Positions 38,897 through 53,642 of a stretch of DNA of 64,000 bases are shown here, piece by piece; the first letter of the stretch is position 1; every line of letters begins with the position of its first letter. The position numbers and the translations under genes are program-made. Location of the stretch: positions 11,558,676-11,622,675 of the forward strand of contig NC_068982.1 of assembly GCF_001194135.2 (NCBI RefSeq), read 5' to 3'. The stretch is from Octopus bimaculoides (lineage: Eukaryota). The notes under the pieces were generated by a model. That model saw only the letters and a program-made list of their open reading frames with translations. It was not told the DNA's origin and ran no database searches.

Positions 38897-39110
38897 GGGT
38901 GATGAAAAGTTCCTGGCTTTGGGTAAGAGAAAATACAGGAGAATAGGTTAATTATGATTTTACTCAACATATTCCCCTCTCAGATTCATACACTTACTGC
39001 AGCAGCCATTCAGGTTTTCTAAGCTTAGTAAAAGAACTTGGAAGGTTAGGCCTCCAACCAGGCCTTTCACGATACCCTTAAAGCCAGGAACTTTTCAGCA
39101 CCCTTCAGTG
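38897..39110. mobile_element. Mariner-like MITE
   Basis: TIRs gggtgatgaaaagttcctggcttt and aaagccaggaacttttcagcaccc. Confidence 0.8.
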
Positions 39111-39489
39111 TACATATATATAATTGAATGATGAAGGAACAAGAACTATGTAATCAACTTCATTAGCTTACAGCTGTTTCTGCTGTAAAAGGCAATGCAC
39201 TCAGAGCTGATGCTTCTGCAACATCTTAAAACTTTGTCTTTCTATGACTTATATTTATTATATTATATTATTTATTTAATGCTTTCTATGCATATTCATA
39301 TGTGTGTGTGTCTGGAAAACATGGAAAACTGATGTTAAATGCTGATGATGATATATGGTACGTGTGCATGTGTTTGAATATGTTATGCATATCTATGGAT
39401 GTGTTTCTGTTGCATTGCAACGTGAAATAAAGTCTTGCTCAAGGACACAACACGTCGCCAGGAATTGAACATACATACATATACGTACG

Positions 39490-39536
<47 letters not shown>

Positions 39537-39549
39537 GTTTGTTTATATA

Positions 39550-39580
<31 letters not shown>

Positions 39581-40327
39581 NNNNNNNNNNNNNNNNNNNN
39601 NNNNNNNNNNNNNNNNNNNNNNNNNNNNNNNNNNNNNNNNNNNNNNNNNNNNNNNNNNNNNNNNNNNNNNNNNNNNNNNNNNNNNNNNNNNNNNNNNNNN
39701 NNNNNNNNNNNNNNNNNNNNNNNNNNNNNNNNNNNNNNNNNNNNNNNNNNNNNNNNNNNNNNNNNNNNNNNNNNNNNNNNNNNNNNNNNNNNNNNNNNNN
39801 NNNNNNNNNNNNNNNNNNNNNNNNNNNNNNNNNNNNNNNNNNNNNNNNNNNNNNNNNNNNNNNNNNNNNNNNNNNNNNNNNNNNNNNNNNNNNNNNNNNN
39901 NNNNNNNNNNNNNNNNNNNNNNNNNNNNNNNNNNNNNNNNNNNNNNNNNNNNNNNNNNNNNNNNNNNNNNNNNNNNNNNNNNNNNNNNNNNNNNNNNNNN
40001 NNNNNNNNNNNNNNNNNNNNNNNNNNNNNNNNNNNNNNNNNNNNNNNNNNNNNNNNNNNNNNNNNNNNNNNNNNNNNNNNNNNNNNNNNNNNNNNNNNNN
40101 NNNNNNNNNNNNNNNNNNNNNNNNNNNNNNNNNNNNNNNNNNNNNNNNNNNNNNNNNNNNNNNNNNNNNNNNNNNNNNNNNNNNNNNNNNNNNNNNNNNN
40201 NNNNNNNNNNNNNNNNNNNNNNNNNNNNNNNNNNNNNNNNNNNNNNNNNNNNNNNNNNNNNNNNNNNNNNNNNNNNNNNNNNNNNNNNNNNNNNNNNNNN
40301 NNNNNNNNNNNNNNNNNNNNNNNNNNN

Positions 40328-40367
<40 letters not shown>

Positions 40368-41496
40368 AAATTACCTCTTCTGAATATGCGTATAAAGAAT
40401 ATATTTTGTGAACAATTGAATTTTAAAATATTTCAATGAACCATTGCATTTTCTTTTCACCGCTCTCTGAAAATTAATAATAAACTGTGCAGGAATTAGA
40501 CCCATGTCATGTTGAAACTTGTTTTTGCTCTCTTTTTCCCCTTGTTTTCCTTGGCTTGTAATATTTTCATTTATTTATATATTTATTAAGTATATGTTCT
40601 GACTGCAGGACAGTTAATTTAAGAACTTCTAGCATTGTGTTCATTAACCAGCATAGCAAAAAGCGCACAGCCTTTCTTTAGTGGTGATACTAAATAAATG
40701 ATTAATATTAAAAACTTTTTTCCATTGTGAACAGTAAGGACCAATAACAGCAGAAAATGGAAGTTATAAACACGAATCACCTGTATATAATTTGTATATC
40801 TTGGTAAAAAGAAAAACTAAGTATAAATGATTTTAGATGACGCAAAGTGAAGAAGTGTTTATTGTTGCTTGCATGGAAACTGGTTTTGTGGGTAGTCATC
40901 TGATAGTCAAATGGAAAAATATACTTTACGTTAGTATTTGATATTAACCTGAGCTAAGGTTGAATAGAATCTGGACATTATAGTATTACTAGGTTAAAAG
41001 TGATAAAGTTAACTGAAGAAGTTATTGAAAGAAGTGAAATTGTGAGAACCAGTTTATCGGGTCTGTACAATCAATTTCTACTTGCAATCAATATCTGAAA
41101 CATTTTCTTTCAGTGATTTATTATTATTTTTTTTTTTATGTATATTTTCTCTGTATTGGGGTTAGCAAAATGTCATGGTAAAAATAGAACTGAAATAATG
41201 TTTAATAACTGAATCCTCTCAATTATGTAAAATTAAAAATTTAGCCATGCTAGGTTAAAATATTATAAAGTTCCTTATATTTTATATTTAATATATATTT
41301 GAATGAATCAAAAAAAATTAATTGAAAGTTTTGCCATTAAAATGCTATTTGTCCAGAATGCAACTAGTGAAATAGTAAAAAGATGAAAAAAAAAAAATAA
41401 CAGCAAAAAATCAGTATGTTATTTATTTTGAAAATTAGAATTTTTCCTTTTAAAATGTTTATCCCTTACACATTAACAAATAGCTGTATCTATTAG

Positions 41497-41804
41497 CAGT
41501 GGCCGACTGGGTCTAAAAATATTGGTTGCCAGGAGACTAAGGTGTGGGGGGGGGGCACCTGCAACTACATAGGGGCCCACTTGCAACTGCAATGCTATTA
41601 TTTAATTTTTTTTTGTTTTTTGTTAAAAGTATTCTTTTCAACCGTCAACAAACACAGCCAGGCTGAAATAATTAATGCTTTCTTCCCTAGTTAATAAAAA
41701 AATTTCAAACTTTGATACAAACATGGACCCCTGTATATGGATTCTAATGGTGCAGGGGTCCACTTGCCATTGAGCAAGCTGGCAACCTGGCCAGGCCGCC
41801 ACTG
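41497..41804. mobile_element. hAT-like MITE
   Basis: TIRs cagtggccgactgg and ccaggccgccactg. The 8 bp flanks tctattag and acttttag match at 6 of 8 positions. Confidence 0.65.
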
Positions 41805-43605
41805 ACTTTTAGTGTTTGTAGGTGTAATGAAGACACTCTATCGTCAACATTGAAGTGCTGGAATTAAATAATCAAGATAAATGTAACTTTTTTATATTGG
41901 TCTCCTCTGGAACCAGCATCTGTATCCTTAGTCTTTGCAGCCCCTCCAAGAATAGTGAAATTAATGTTGTAACTTGTATGAGATCTAAAACTTATCCATG
42001 GAGGAATATAATGACAAGGGAAACAAATATTTTGTAGGAGTTTCAGTTAATTCCATATTATTCAACTAATATTTTCAGATTAATTCTGAACTCAAGTTGA
42101 AAATGTCTTGTGAGAAGTAGAAGGACAGCCTTTCTGTTGTGATGAGATTGATGTAGTTCATATCAAGCATGAATTTCTGCAATTTTGGGAGGATAGCACC
42201 GAGGAAAGTTTTTTAGTGGGTTGTGAGATACAGTAAAGATGAAGAAAGGGGAAGACGATAGATCAAATTGGATTTGATGCATATAATATGCAGCATATTA
42301 GTTCATCATCATCATCATTTAACATCCACCTTCCATGCTGGCATGGGTTGGATAGTGTGACAGGAGCCAGCCAGGCAGGAACCTGCATCAAACTTCTAGA
42401 AGAGAAATAATCTTTTTCCTTGAGGGAGAGAAAGGGGAGGGGAAACAAAGCATCTATGGACTAATGACTGTAGCATATTTGTGAGGGTGCCTTTGCCAAC
42501 CAGCCAGGCTGCAATTTTTTTTTATGAAATCCTGAATGTTTGTGTGTGTATGTGTAGCCAGAGTACTGTCCCTAATATGTATACTGTACTCTAAAATGTG
42601 TGTGTGTTGGTTGCACTAGAATTGTGTTGAGAGGATCAGCAACAGATTGGGGCTGAAATATTTTCTAGTGGGAAATATAAAGCCTTGAGTTTGCATTGCA
42701 GTTTTAACGGTTGTATAGATACGTCGTCGTCTTGAAAGATTTGTGGTAAATCTGTTGGTTTTTAGCTGTGTGCTGTTCACAAGTAAAGAGGGTCTGGTGT
42801 TTTGATCTTTTGCTATGATACATGTAGTGGTTGTTGTCTTAGAGGGGCAATAAGTTGTCATATCTCCAATGGAGGGACGCTATTTTCAAGATTTCCCTTC
42901 ATAGATGCAGTAAAAACCTGGCATGAGGTCTCCCAGTTTTTAGTGGAAGATTGGAAAGTAAAAGTTGAAATCATTTGTTTTGAAGTATAGACGATTAGAA
43001 GTAACTGCAAATAGCTTTTTAATTTTAATGAATAGGAATCGGTTTAAAGTTTCTATTCTAAAAAAATAAAATGGATTTGAATTAGAATGGTTCAACAACT
43101 TAGTGTAGTTTAGATAAATGAGGAACAATTTGTTTTTTTAACTTTGGTTCATAACATTTAAATTAAAATGCTTGACAAGAGAAAATTACCTTAATATAAT
43201 GTTGATCTCCAAATCTGTAACTTTTTTGCTTTATTTTTAAGCCTTCAATCATATAAAAGTAAATAAATTCAAAAAGATTTTTGGAAATTTGAACAGTTTA
43301 AGTAGATTAAGAATTCATTTCTGAATTGATGAGATTTCTTAGAACTAAAATAAATCTTGGAGTTTTAGGCAATGTATTTTTAAAGTGCTACATTTAGATC
43401 TGGATCTTATTTAAAACATAATATTTTCTCAAATGAAAATAGATGAATTCCCATTTACAATTATCTTTCACCAAAAGTTAAACAGTAAAACAGTCTTTTC
43501 GTTTTTAGATCTCTAATTGTCAACATATTCTATCATTTCATTGTATGCTTCAAGGTAATGTTATGTAACATACATTTTATCCCTCTACATTTTTACTGTT
43601 ACTTT

Positions 43606-43649
<44 letters not shown>

Positions 43650-44350
43650 AATGCAAATCATGCTACTCTTTATGACTGGTTAATTTTCTGTACAGAGGAT
43701 CATCCATGCATAACCTAAACACGTTATGAATCGCTTTACCTGCATTTATGAAGAGAAAATTTTAAACTATTATTATTAGTGGAGATCTTCTCAGTCACTT
43801 TCAACAACACTAAGAAATAATCCCCAAACCTATCAAAGAAGCAAACTGCAAGACTACACATTCCCTTTACCAGTGAAGACCACTCGGATACATTACTTAA
43901 CCCTTTAGCATTTAGATTACTCTGTCAAATGTAATGTTTATTTATTCACCTTATTTTGAATGAATCATAATGATGTGATTGATTGTTTTTAGAATGACAT
44001 TGCAGGGCGGGTGTGAGAGACCAGATCTAGCCAGTTGAACACAAGACAGATAAAATACTTGAGCTGGATATAGCTGGCATAAATGCTAAAAGTTAAATTT
44101 GTTTAAATGATGATGGTTGTTCAGGGAGACGATACATTTACAAAATTACCAACATTCACCAGAAAATGCAGTGCTGCACAGCAGCTGAAATTTTATAAAG
44201 CCCAAATGTCATCCACATTAGAGTATAGCTCACATATCTATATATTACTATTGCTACATACACAAAAATTCTATGCCACCAGGTTAATTGGCATATAAAC
44301 CCTGTTTTTCTACTGTATCCTATGTTAAGTGTCACAATGATGCCTGGTCT
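43650..44350 (+). mobile_element. CR1/Jockey-like LINE RT C-terminal remnant, interrupted by a MITE
   Basis: LKFYKAQMSSTLEYSSHIY in ORF 44107-44298 resembles LYKAQVRPxMEYCSHIW. Upstream similarity is weak. Confidence 0.42.
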
Positions 44351-46653
44351 TCTAAGCTTATAATTTGCATTCTTAAGGTGTGTGACCATCGAAATATTGA
44401 TTCAAATACTTAATATTTTCTACCTCAGATTTTCACTTATCTGGAACTGTTCCCCTGCTTACATTTTTCTTTGAGCTATTTTTTGCGGTTTACAGTCCTT
44501 GAAGAGACTACATGGATCTCTTGTATGTCTCGTCATTTTGGTGGAAGAAGAAAATAAAAATTGATTTTTGACAAAATTGTCATTGAACCAGCATGGAAAG
44601 CAGACATTAAACGATGATGATGATGATAAATGGATATATTGAGCTGTTGTTTGCCTCATAAGTATTATCTGATCATGTATATGATTTACTGATTTGAAAT
44701 AATGAAATTTGTTTGAAATTGATAACATTCAAAGCCAAATCTTGAACTGTTTTAATTATTCATTTCAAATGTTGGCACAAGGCCAGAAATATTGGGGTGG
44801 GGGGTTAGTCAATAAGATAAACCCCAGTGTCCTACTAATTTTATCAACCCATCAAGGATTAAAGATAAAGTCAACTTCAGCAGAATTTGAACCCAGAACA
44901 GGGAGATGGACAAAATGCTGTGAAGGATTTTGCCCGGTGTGCTAATGATTTTGTCAGTTCACCATCTCAAATACTTTAGTTATTAGAAGAGAAATGCTTT
45001 TAAGAAACCATCACAATGTAATAATTCGTTATTTCCTACATGAGCCTAATGTAAAGAGAGTAAGGTAATGGCTAATTAATGACTATCAGCATACATTTGG
45101 AAATATATATTATGTAATCTTATTGATATATAAAATATATCAGCTATGTGTTGGTAAGCAATGTTTTGAAGAATAATATTGAAAGTGTATATATTTCCCT
45201 TGGCAAAGTGCCTTTTTAAGTGAGAATAGTTTATATAAATTTTTCAAGTGTTTTCAGATCAAGTCTTCTGTATTACATATTTCTGTCACACTGCTCCCTG
45301 AGTGTGTTATCTGGAATAGAAAATCTTGCTACTCCCAAACCTACCAAGTGCTTCTTTTTAAATATCTCATAGCTTTAGTGACAGATAACTTAGCCCAATG
45401 GATTTCTCTTTGAGAATCAAATATTTGATGAGGCTATTGTTCACAAATTCATTCTGATAATGTAGAGTGTGGAAAGATTATAAACCCATATCTGAAGGTT
45501 TTGTACAGCTAGTCTGGTGTTGTGATAGCTGTATTTACTAGCGGCTTAAAGTATGGCTTTATAACCTAAGTGGCAATACAGATCCATAAATCAAATTCTA
45601 CACAGTTCTCCCAGAAGCATGTCTCTAGCACTTACAATTTTGAATGGTAAAACACACATGCATACACTGTCAAGCTTAATATATGGACTTTATCGTATGT
45701 CATCATTAATCTCTACATTCAGAAACAAATTTTATAAAAACACACTATTTTCCTAGATCTCATCATAAGACAATTTTATTCCCAGAACTATAAACATCAG
45801 TGTTCATTTAGAAAGAAAATTTATCTTGAAAAATGTCTTCAGTTGATAAAATGCTTCGTCAAATATATTGATATGTGTAATATTTGTGATAGCATAAAAT
45901 GTGACGAAATGGAGTTAATTAAGTTTAGAGTTCTTGTTAAGTTGCAGATCATAAGCAGACAGTTTATAATCACCAACATACTCCAGCTTCTAGCCCGCAA
46001 ATATTGTGTTGCTAATTTTGGATATGTAGCTGTGAGGAAAGTGAAAGTAGGTGACTCGTTTATTGTTGTTGTCTAGCCTTGGTATTTGCCTCAGAATCAT
46101 AGGGTCATCAGTTCAATCCCTGGCAGTGCGTTGTGTCAAGTGGCAAAGATGAGTCGTACCTGTATTTCAAACAGTTATCCTTGTCACGTTCTGTGTCATA
46201 CTGACTCTCCTTGAGATTTACACTAGGGGTACACATGTCTGTGGAGTACTCAGCCACTTGTGCATTAATTTCATGAGCAGGCTGTTCTATTGATTGAATC
46301 AACTGCAACACTCGTAACCAACAGAGTGCCAGTTGTTTAACCCTGGGTCAGATTTGACTGACCAGATCTATAATCAAAGCCTTTCCATTTATTACTACCC
46401 TGTCTTATTTACAGGAATAGTGTATCCATGACTACATCAGCCAATGTGTTCTCCTTTTTTTAAAACAATAGGGTGGGATTTGAAGGATACTTGGCTGCTA
46501 TTTCTAGTAGGTCCAGCAATTTCAGAAGTTCCTTCATTGACCCATGGCATAAATTGTAGTTGAATATTTCTGTTTTATGATTAGTGTTTGGAAGGACATC
46601 TACTCATAGAAATCTTATCAAAAGGAACATCAGCAAGATATGATATTCTAACC

Positions 46654-46790
46654 CAGTGGTTCCCAAACTTTTTCTGACTGCTGCCCCCTTGGTACCCGGG
46701 CCTCATTCCTAATGCCCCCTCATCCTCCCCACCACAAATATAGACCACTTTCTGCACCAAATTCAAAACAATTGTATTTTACAAATAAAA
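46654..46790 (+). mobile_element. One-ended hAT/Charlie-like fragment
   Basis: Begins cagtggttcccaaactttt, a Charlie-type terminus. No second TIR seen. Confidence 0.45.
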
Positions 46791-47010
46791 CTTAAACCAA
46801 GTTCTAAATGTGAATTCGTCTGTTTTAAGTACATCCCAAAGATGGAGCCTTGTATCTTTGTTGGAAACTGGCTCCTTCCTCAGTGGAAGATTTACAATAA
46901 TTAAAAGATAGAAGACACACACACACACACACATTGCTAGAATATGAACCAGTTGTTGAAAGTTTAAAAAAACCATTAACTTTGATGGGTAGAGAGGGTT
47001 TCTCTCTCTC

Positions 47011-47436
47011 TCAGAGTGAAAGACTGACTGTATGATACTTATTCACAAACAGCAACTCCACATGGTAGTGAAATATGAGCTCTGAATGCAAAGACAAGAC
47101 AGAAATGAAGCTAACATGCTCCACTGGATGTGCAATGTCAGTGTGTGCACATACAACAAAGTGTAAATGTCTTGAGAAAAAAATTGGGCACAAAAGGCAT
47201 CAGGTATAGTGTGCAAGAGGGAAAACTGCACTTGTAAAGTTATCTGATGCGTATGGACGAGAACAGCTGCATAACTAAATGTGGATGGAACTCATGGAAG
47301 AAGGAGACCTAGGAAGATGTAGTGGGGGCAAAATAGGAAAGACTGAAATCAGGTTGTTGAACCTTGCAGAGAGGTGACATAGGACCGGGGGGATTGCTGA
47401 TTCATCATGCTTGAGAAGTCCTGTCCATCTCAATAA
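47011..47436 (+). mobile_element. RTE-clade LINE, decayed ORF2 3' end
   Basis: Translation: LYDT..HGSEI*ALNA, RNEANMLHWMCNVSV, LRKKLGTKGIRYSVQEGKLH, LMRMDENSCITKC, THGRRRPRK. Matches the RTE C-terminal pattern GSETW / RWYGHVMRM / GRGRPRK. Confidence 0.82.
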
Positions 47437-47858
47437 AATTGAGTTTTTAAAAGTGTATTGTTAATGTCTTTTCTCACAACTCATTTTTTCCTTCAGTCCG
47501 ACGACAACTGAACAGATGTTGAATGATGGAGGCATCAGACCAACCAGTTTTGAGAAAGACCATTATGGTAGCAATAGAAGACAAAGAAAGATGTGACAGC
47601 TTGCTTCTGGATTAGAGGTTGGAATATGTCAATTAGTGATTGAATTCTAATTAGTCAACTGGCCCTTCTTTCTACACAGTCCCGGTTGTCTGTGTGCTTA
47701 GTATAGCAGCACTGTCTCAGATAACCCCCCATTGGTAGCCAGCTTCACTTGAGCCTTGCAAAGTGTCAGCTATAGTTGGGGATTGTGTTGAGCTATCCAA
47801 CTCATAATAACATTATGAGGATGACGATCACAGGAAAGAAGATCCCTGATGAAATTGT

Positions 47859-48327
47859 TTAACTCTTTTGATACCAGCCCAGCTGAAACCACTTCTGGCT
47901 CTGTGGTACAAATGTCTTGTTTTCAAAAGTTCTGAATTAAAATCTTCCGCCAAACCTTAGTCACAATTTATGTTCCTAACACTAGCTTATTGATAACTAA
48001 GTTATTTTACTAAATTATTTGTTATATTTAAAATTAATTGAAAGAAACACAGAGCATCACAACAGAAATATGGTAACAAAAGGGTTAACAAATGATTAAT
48101 TTAGCCCTTTTGATACCAACCTGTCTGATACTGCCTCTGGTTCTGTAGTACAAATGTCTTGTTTTCATAAGTCTTGAATTAAACTCTTTCACCAAACAGT
48201 CACAATTTATGTTCCTAACACTAGCTTAATGATAACTAAGTTATTTTACTAAATTCTTTGTTATATTTGAAATTAATTGAAAGAAACACAGAGCATCTCA
48301 ACAGAAATATGGTCAAAAAAGGGTTAA
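47859..48327 (+). mobile_element. Head-to-tail tandem pair of P1 MITEs (47859-48088 and 48101-48327)
   Basis: Two ~230 bp copies separated by 12 bp. Confidence 0.88.
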
Positions 48328-48619
48328 TAGAATGTATTATACAACTAGTAGAGAGTTTCTGCTTCATGTAATTATGTTACTGTTAGAAAAATAATTTAAG
48401 AAATGAATGGCATATTTTAGAACACAATTGATCATTGACTTAGGAAATATTTTGGTGCAATGAAAACACTTTGAACATTCTCTTGAAAAATTTCATCACC
48501 AAAATGAATGAGTGTAGAAACCTTGTAGGACTCATTCGAAACATTACTTTTCCATTACTGGATTTATCTGATTTGATTGATGTACAAATATGATAATAAT
48601 AATAATTATTATTACTAAT

Positions 48620-49213
48620 ATAACTGTGTTTGCACCCTCCCCCAAAACTGCTGGCCTTGTGCCAAAATTTGAATATGCACTGGGGTCGATGTAATCCACT
48701 TAATTCCTTTGTCTGTCCTTGTTTGCCGTCTCTATGCTTAGCCCCCTGTGGGCAATAAATAAATAAATTATTATTATTATTATGACTTGGCAAGCTGACA
48801 GAATTGTTAGCATGCTAGTTGAAATGCTCAGAGTTCAAATTCTACCAAGGTCAACCTTGCCTTTCACCCTTTCGGTGTCGATAAATTAAGTACCAGTTGA
48901 ACACTGGGGTTGATGTAATCAACTCCTCCCCATCTCCCCCAAGCTGCCCTTGTGGCAAAAATTTGAAATAATAATAACTATTATTATTATTATGAAGCGG
49001 CGAGCTAGCAGAATCATTAACATGCCAGGTGAAAAGCTTAGAGGCATTTCATCTGCCTTCACATTCTGATTTCGAATTCCGCCAAGGTTGACTTTGCCCT
49101 TCATCCTTTTGGGATCGATAAAATAAGTACCAGTTGAATACAGGGGTCAATGTAATTGACTACCTCCTTCCCTAAATTTCGGGACTTTTGCCTATAGTAA
49201 AAAGGATTATTAT
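48620..49213 (+). mobile_element. Cluster of SINE family D copies; others at 13160-13365 +, 38570-38785 -, 44750-44965 - and 51604-51820 +
   Basis: Shared ggcgagctggcagaatcgttagc..gagttcaaattc..ctttgcctttcatcc..agtaccagttg body with a B-box-like gagttcaaatt. Confidence 0.8.
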
Positions 49214-49958
49214 TTTTGTGTTTGTTTTGATATTAAGATTGAAAAAATCAACCTTGTTTGTAAAAAATTCTGGACCTGGGTTTGCAACCCTAAGAAAATT
49301 TTGTTCCCACATTTATGCATTTGATTTAATGAGTGAAATGCTATTTAAAAGGATATTGAAACGCCAAATGAATTTCGTTTTGGTTCTTAATATTGGGAAT
49401 TACTTTTTCTCTCTTTGTTTTCAAATATTATTCTGTGAAGGAATACAAACTTGTTTATGAATTTGTTTTGCAAGATTCCTGATGTTATTTAGCAAAAAAA
49501 ACAAAAAACAAAAAAAAAAAACAACCATCCCAAAATATAACAAATACAAACTCATTATTGATATCTCTTGGCTACATGGATCATTATTCAATAGCTAGAA
49601 AATAGACAGAATAGTTTAAAAATATGCAAAGTCACTAGTTGTTGAAAATAATTGTGCAGACTCTCTGCAGCTATACAACCAGATTTAATATGTATGAAAG
49701 TAGACAGGTTGTAAAATAATTTAATACAATTTTGACCCAATACTGGAAGCAATATACATAAAAATCAAATGAAATGAAACTGAGAATCATTGTGTAGAAA
49801 ATCTGAAGTTTTTAAGCTAAGTGATGCTTCAGTTTGTAAAGAAGATAGAATTTCTTTATAATTTACTACCTACCCAAACAAATGAAGTAACAGAACAGTA
49901 GAAAACTATATTAACTATTTAGTATTCAAATGTAATACTGCCAAAAGTAATTCTTATG

Positions 49959-50329
49959 TTATTACCTCTGCCTTAGCAAAAGCGGAGGTATTGTTTTCAG
50001 TTGTGTTTGTTTGTTTGTCTGTGGACAAGATATCTCAAGAACTACTGGACGGATTCAGATGAAACTTTCAGGGATGTTTGGTCTTGTGACTGGCATGAAC
50101 TGATTAGATTTTGGAATTGATCCGGTACCGGACAAGGATTCTGGATTATTTTTCATGTTTTTTTTTTCCTACTTTTTGAGAGCAGTTCAGTTCATTTTTA
50201 GTATTCTCATTTGTGAGAGCAGTCAAGTTTATTTCAGATATTCTCGTGTTAAAAATCATCTCCGGCTAATCGTTGAGAGGACGTAGATGTTTCCTTGGCG
50301 GAGGTTTGCTCTCTCAGAGTGCTCTTGTT
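49959..50329 (+). mobile_element. Non-autonomous Helentron-associated (HINE/DINE-1-like) element
   Basis: Subterminal inverted repeats acctctgcc (49964) and ggcggaggt (50297). Short tttg/gtct repeat near the 5' end, a 3' hairpin ctct-ctc-agag, and TT termini. Splits a TTAA-type MITE. Confidence 0.7.
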
Positions 50330-53237
50330 CATATTGTTTTGAATTAATCATGCATTGTCTTTAATTAGAATATTTCAATGATGTGATTGTTTATTTTTAG
50401 AATGACATTGCAAAATAGGTGTGAGAGGCCAGATTAAGCTGGTTTGAACATAAAACAAGTAGAATATTTGTGAGTGAGTGACTGAATATTAGTAGTGGTC
50501 ATGGGTGCTTAGTTATGTTAGTTTGTTCTAAGTTCAAATCTCGCAAGTAATTCATTAGAAGCCAATAAAAAAAAAAATGTACCAGTAATCCAGTAATATA
50601 TTTAGGATTGAGCCTCTGCATTTCTTCTTCACAAATTTAAGTCAATGTTTGAAGTTCCTATTTACAATATGATTTGGCCACCAAGTCACCTGCAATAAAT
50701 GAACATAGAAAACAAATTTATTTATCTGGAAAGGAAGGATTAAGATATTCAAATTTAGTGTATGTATTCTATTAATTTTTTTTTGTTTTTGTTTTGCTGT
50801 AATTTGAATCATTTATGAGTTATGTTCGTCACTCTGATTATTGCAGAAATAGCTTTGCAGTGTTATTCAATCACATATTTTGCAAGTTGTTGGTAAAGTT
50901 TGAAATATAGAAGAGCATGATCTGCTTTCAAACTTGGTGAGAACTTTATCTTCTTTTAATTTGTGAGCACCTTAGTTTCATGACTAAGAATGACCTTTCT
51001 CAGGTCATGTGCAGAACAAAAGTTGAGTGTCATACAAATACACAGAAGTGTTTGACTGAGAACTGAGTCAGGGTAGCGTAATCACTCCATTCACTTTTCT
51101 GCATTAACTCTTATAAAATACACACATTTATATTATAATGTGTGTGCTCATGCATGCACTTAACTGTTCTTTCTCTCTTCCTCCACCTCCAATGTACACT
51201 TTTCCATGCCAGCATGGGCTGAATGGTTTGACTGGAATTGGCCAGCTGGAGAGCTGCACCAGGCTCCAGTTGTCTAGTTTGGCATGGTTTCTATGACTGG
51301 ATGCCCCTCCCAACGTCAACCACTTTACAGAGTACACTGGGTACTTTTTACATGGAACCAGTGCCAGCTCTATCCATTTACCTTTATTTTGTCTCTCAGC
51401 CTCTTCCTATTTTATATGTAACAAAACATATCCAATCATTCTTAAACATGCAGATTTAGTGATATTCAGACACTGATTCGCCATCATCGTTTAACGTCCA
51501 TCAATATTATAAAATATCAAGTGTTCACTGCTTCATCATTTCCCACTATCATTTTCCACACAATCTCTCTTAGATATAAACATCATTATTATTATTGTTG
51601 TTAAGGTGGTGAGCTGGTAAAATCGTTAGCACGTTGGACAAAATGCTGAGCAGTATTTCACCCATTGCTAAATTCTGAGTTCAAATTCTGCCAAGGTCAA
51701 CTTTGCCTTTCATCCTATCGAGGTTGATAAATTAAGGACCAGTGAAACACTGGGGTCGTTGTAATTGACTCATCCCATCCCTCCAAAAGACTGCCCTTGT
51801 GGCAAACTTTAAAACCATTATTGTTGTTGTTACTCTTCTGATAAATACTAATAACATTGATTGTAGTGGTGGTGGTGGTGGAAACAGTAATGCCAATAAG
51901 AGAGTCTCTATATGGCCACTCAGCATGCTAGATATGATTGCCAAATCTCCCTCAAATTACACCTTATCTTAAAACAAAAGAATAACCCAAAGCAAGATGT
52001 TAGAAAAGAATGACCAAAAAATATTTGAGACATTTCTACATTGGTGTTGGCATAAGTAGAGTTAAATGAATCACAAATGGGAAATCAGAACCGTTTATTG
52101 CAGATGGCATTGAGAATTGAAACAATATTTTCAAGTGAAATGTATGAGAAACTATTCATGTATTGTTGTACATGGAATGTAAAGTTGATGAGATTAACGA
52201 ATTGACAGTATAACAATGCAGCCTACAATCATTCCAGAATAATTAATGAGTTATTAGCATATTAATATTGGTTCAGAGCTAATCTAGAATGTTGCACCAA
52301 TAATTACAATCATCATCGTTATTATTTTATGATTTGTCACTATTACTCCGGCTTTGATAGGGTTTTCATCATATCACTTTGGAGACACAACCTTTATATT
52401 TGGGTTATAAAACCCTCTGAAAAGAAAATTGGCACAAGGAGACATAGATATAATACAGCCCATTTATTGTAAATTATCATTATTGATAAAGAAAATATTT
52501 TTGAAATTATACATTTGACAATGTATAACCCAAACACAAGCAAATCATCACCATTAGGTTTTGTAATAAAAAAAAAAACTCAGTATTTGCTTTATATATG
52601 TATGGAAAAGAACAAAAATTAAAATGAGTTAACTTTATATATGGTATCAAACCTCCAACATACACCATATATAAATAAATGTTACCATGGCTTTCATAAT
52701 ATATAAATCAAAGTATAAAAAAATCTAAGACATACAAATACAGAAAAACCACCAAGTTAAAAATATACATATATGCAAAAAAAAGCACGTATAGGAATGT
52801 CCCATCAAAGGACGACTAAAAATTTATAAAATGCTTTAAAATACTAAAAATATATCATGCTGAAAAGTTTAGAAAGTGGGTAAACAAATAAAGAATAAAT
52901 CAACTAAAAAGTAATATTTATTTCACTCACACCAAAAGGTAATAATCTGCCAGTAAAATTTTTTTTTTCCAATCAAAAAATACGTCCACACAGAATATAA
53001 TAGTTCAAGAGTAAGGATTCACCAGTTAAATTAAACACATCATCTTTAGCCATTTTGAGAGCACATCACCATACTTAGATAGCAATTGATATATATCATG
53101 GCAATGGCCCCCTCATCAGGATGAAAAGAGAGATAGAACACATATACAGGTTTGATGGCATGGTCCATGTTACAGAGGTGAAAGTTTATATGTAAAATGT
53201 CAATTAGCAGGTATAGCATTGCAGAGGGTACTCTTTT

Positions 53238-53642
53238 ACTTTTTTACTTGTTTCAGTCATTTGACTGCAGCCAAGCTGGAGCACCGCCTTTAGTTGAGCA
53301 AATCAACCCCAGGACTTATTCTTTGTAAGCCTAGTACTTATTCTATTGGTCTCTTTTGCTGAACTGCTAAGTTACGGGGATGTAAACACACCAGCATCAG
53401 TTGTCAGGCGATGTTGGGGAGGGGGAAACACTGACAAACAAACACACACACACACATATATATACATATGCATATATACAACGGGATTCTTTCAGTTTCC
53501 GTCTACCAAATCCACTGACACAGCTTTGGTCGGCCCAAGGCTATAGTAGAAGACACTTGCCCAAGGTGTCACACATTGGGACTGAACCTGGAACCATGTG
53601 GTTGGTAAGCAAGATACTTACCACACAGCCGCTCCTGCGCCT
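53238..53642 (-). mobile_element. SINE family A, full length
   Basis: Ends ccacacagccgctcctgcgcct. Confidence 0.9.

Noticed and set aside
40837-40942. MTQSEEVFIVACMETGFVGSHL, resembling a Rossmann GxxGxxG motif
   Set aside because: Lacks the first glycine, the frame is short and there is no good donor; likely chance.
42600-43010. Possible LINE C-terminal remnant on the minus strand (similar weak hints at 37900-38060 and 45250-45720)
   Set aside because: Similarity too faint to support without an alignment.
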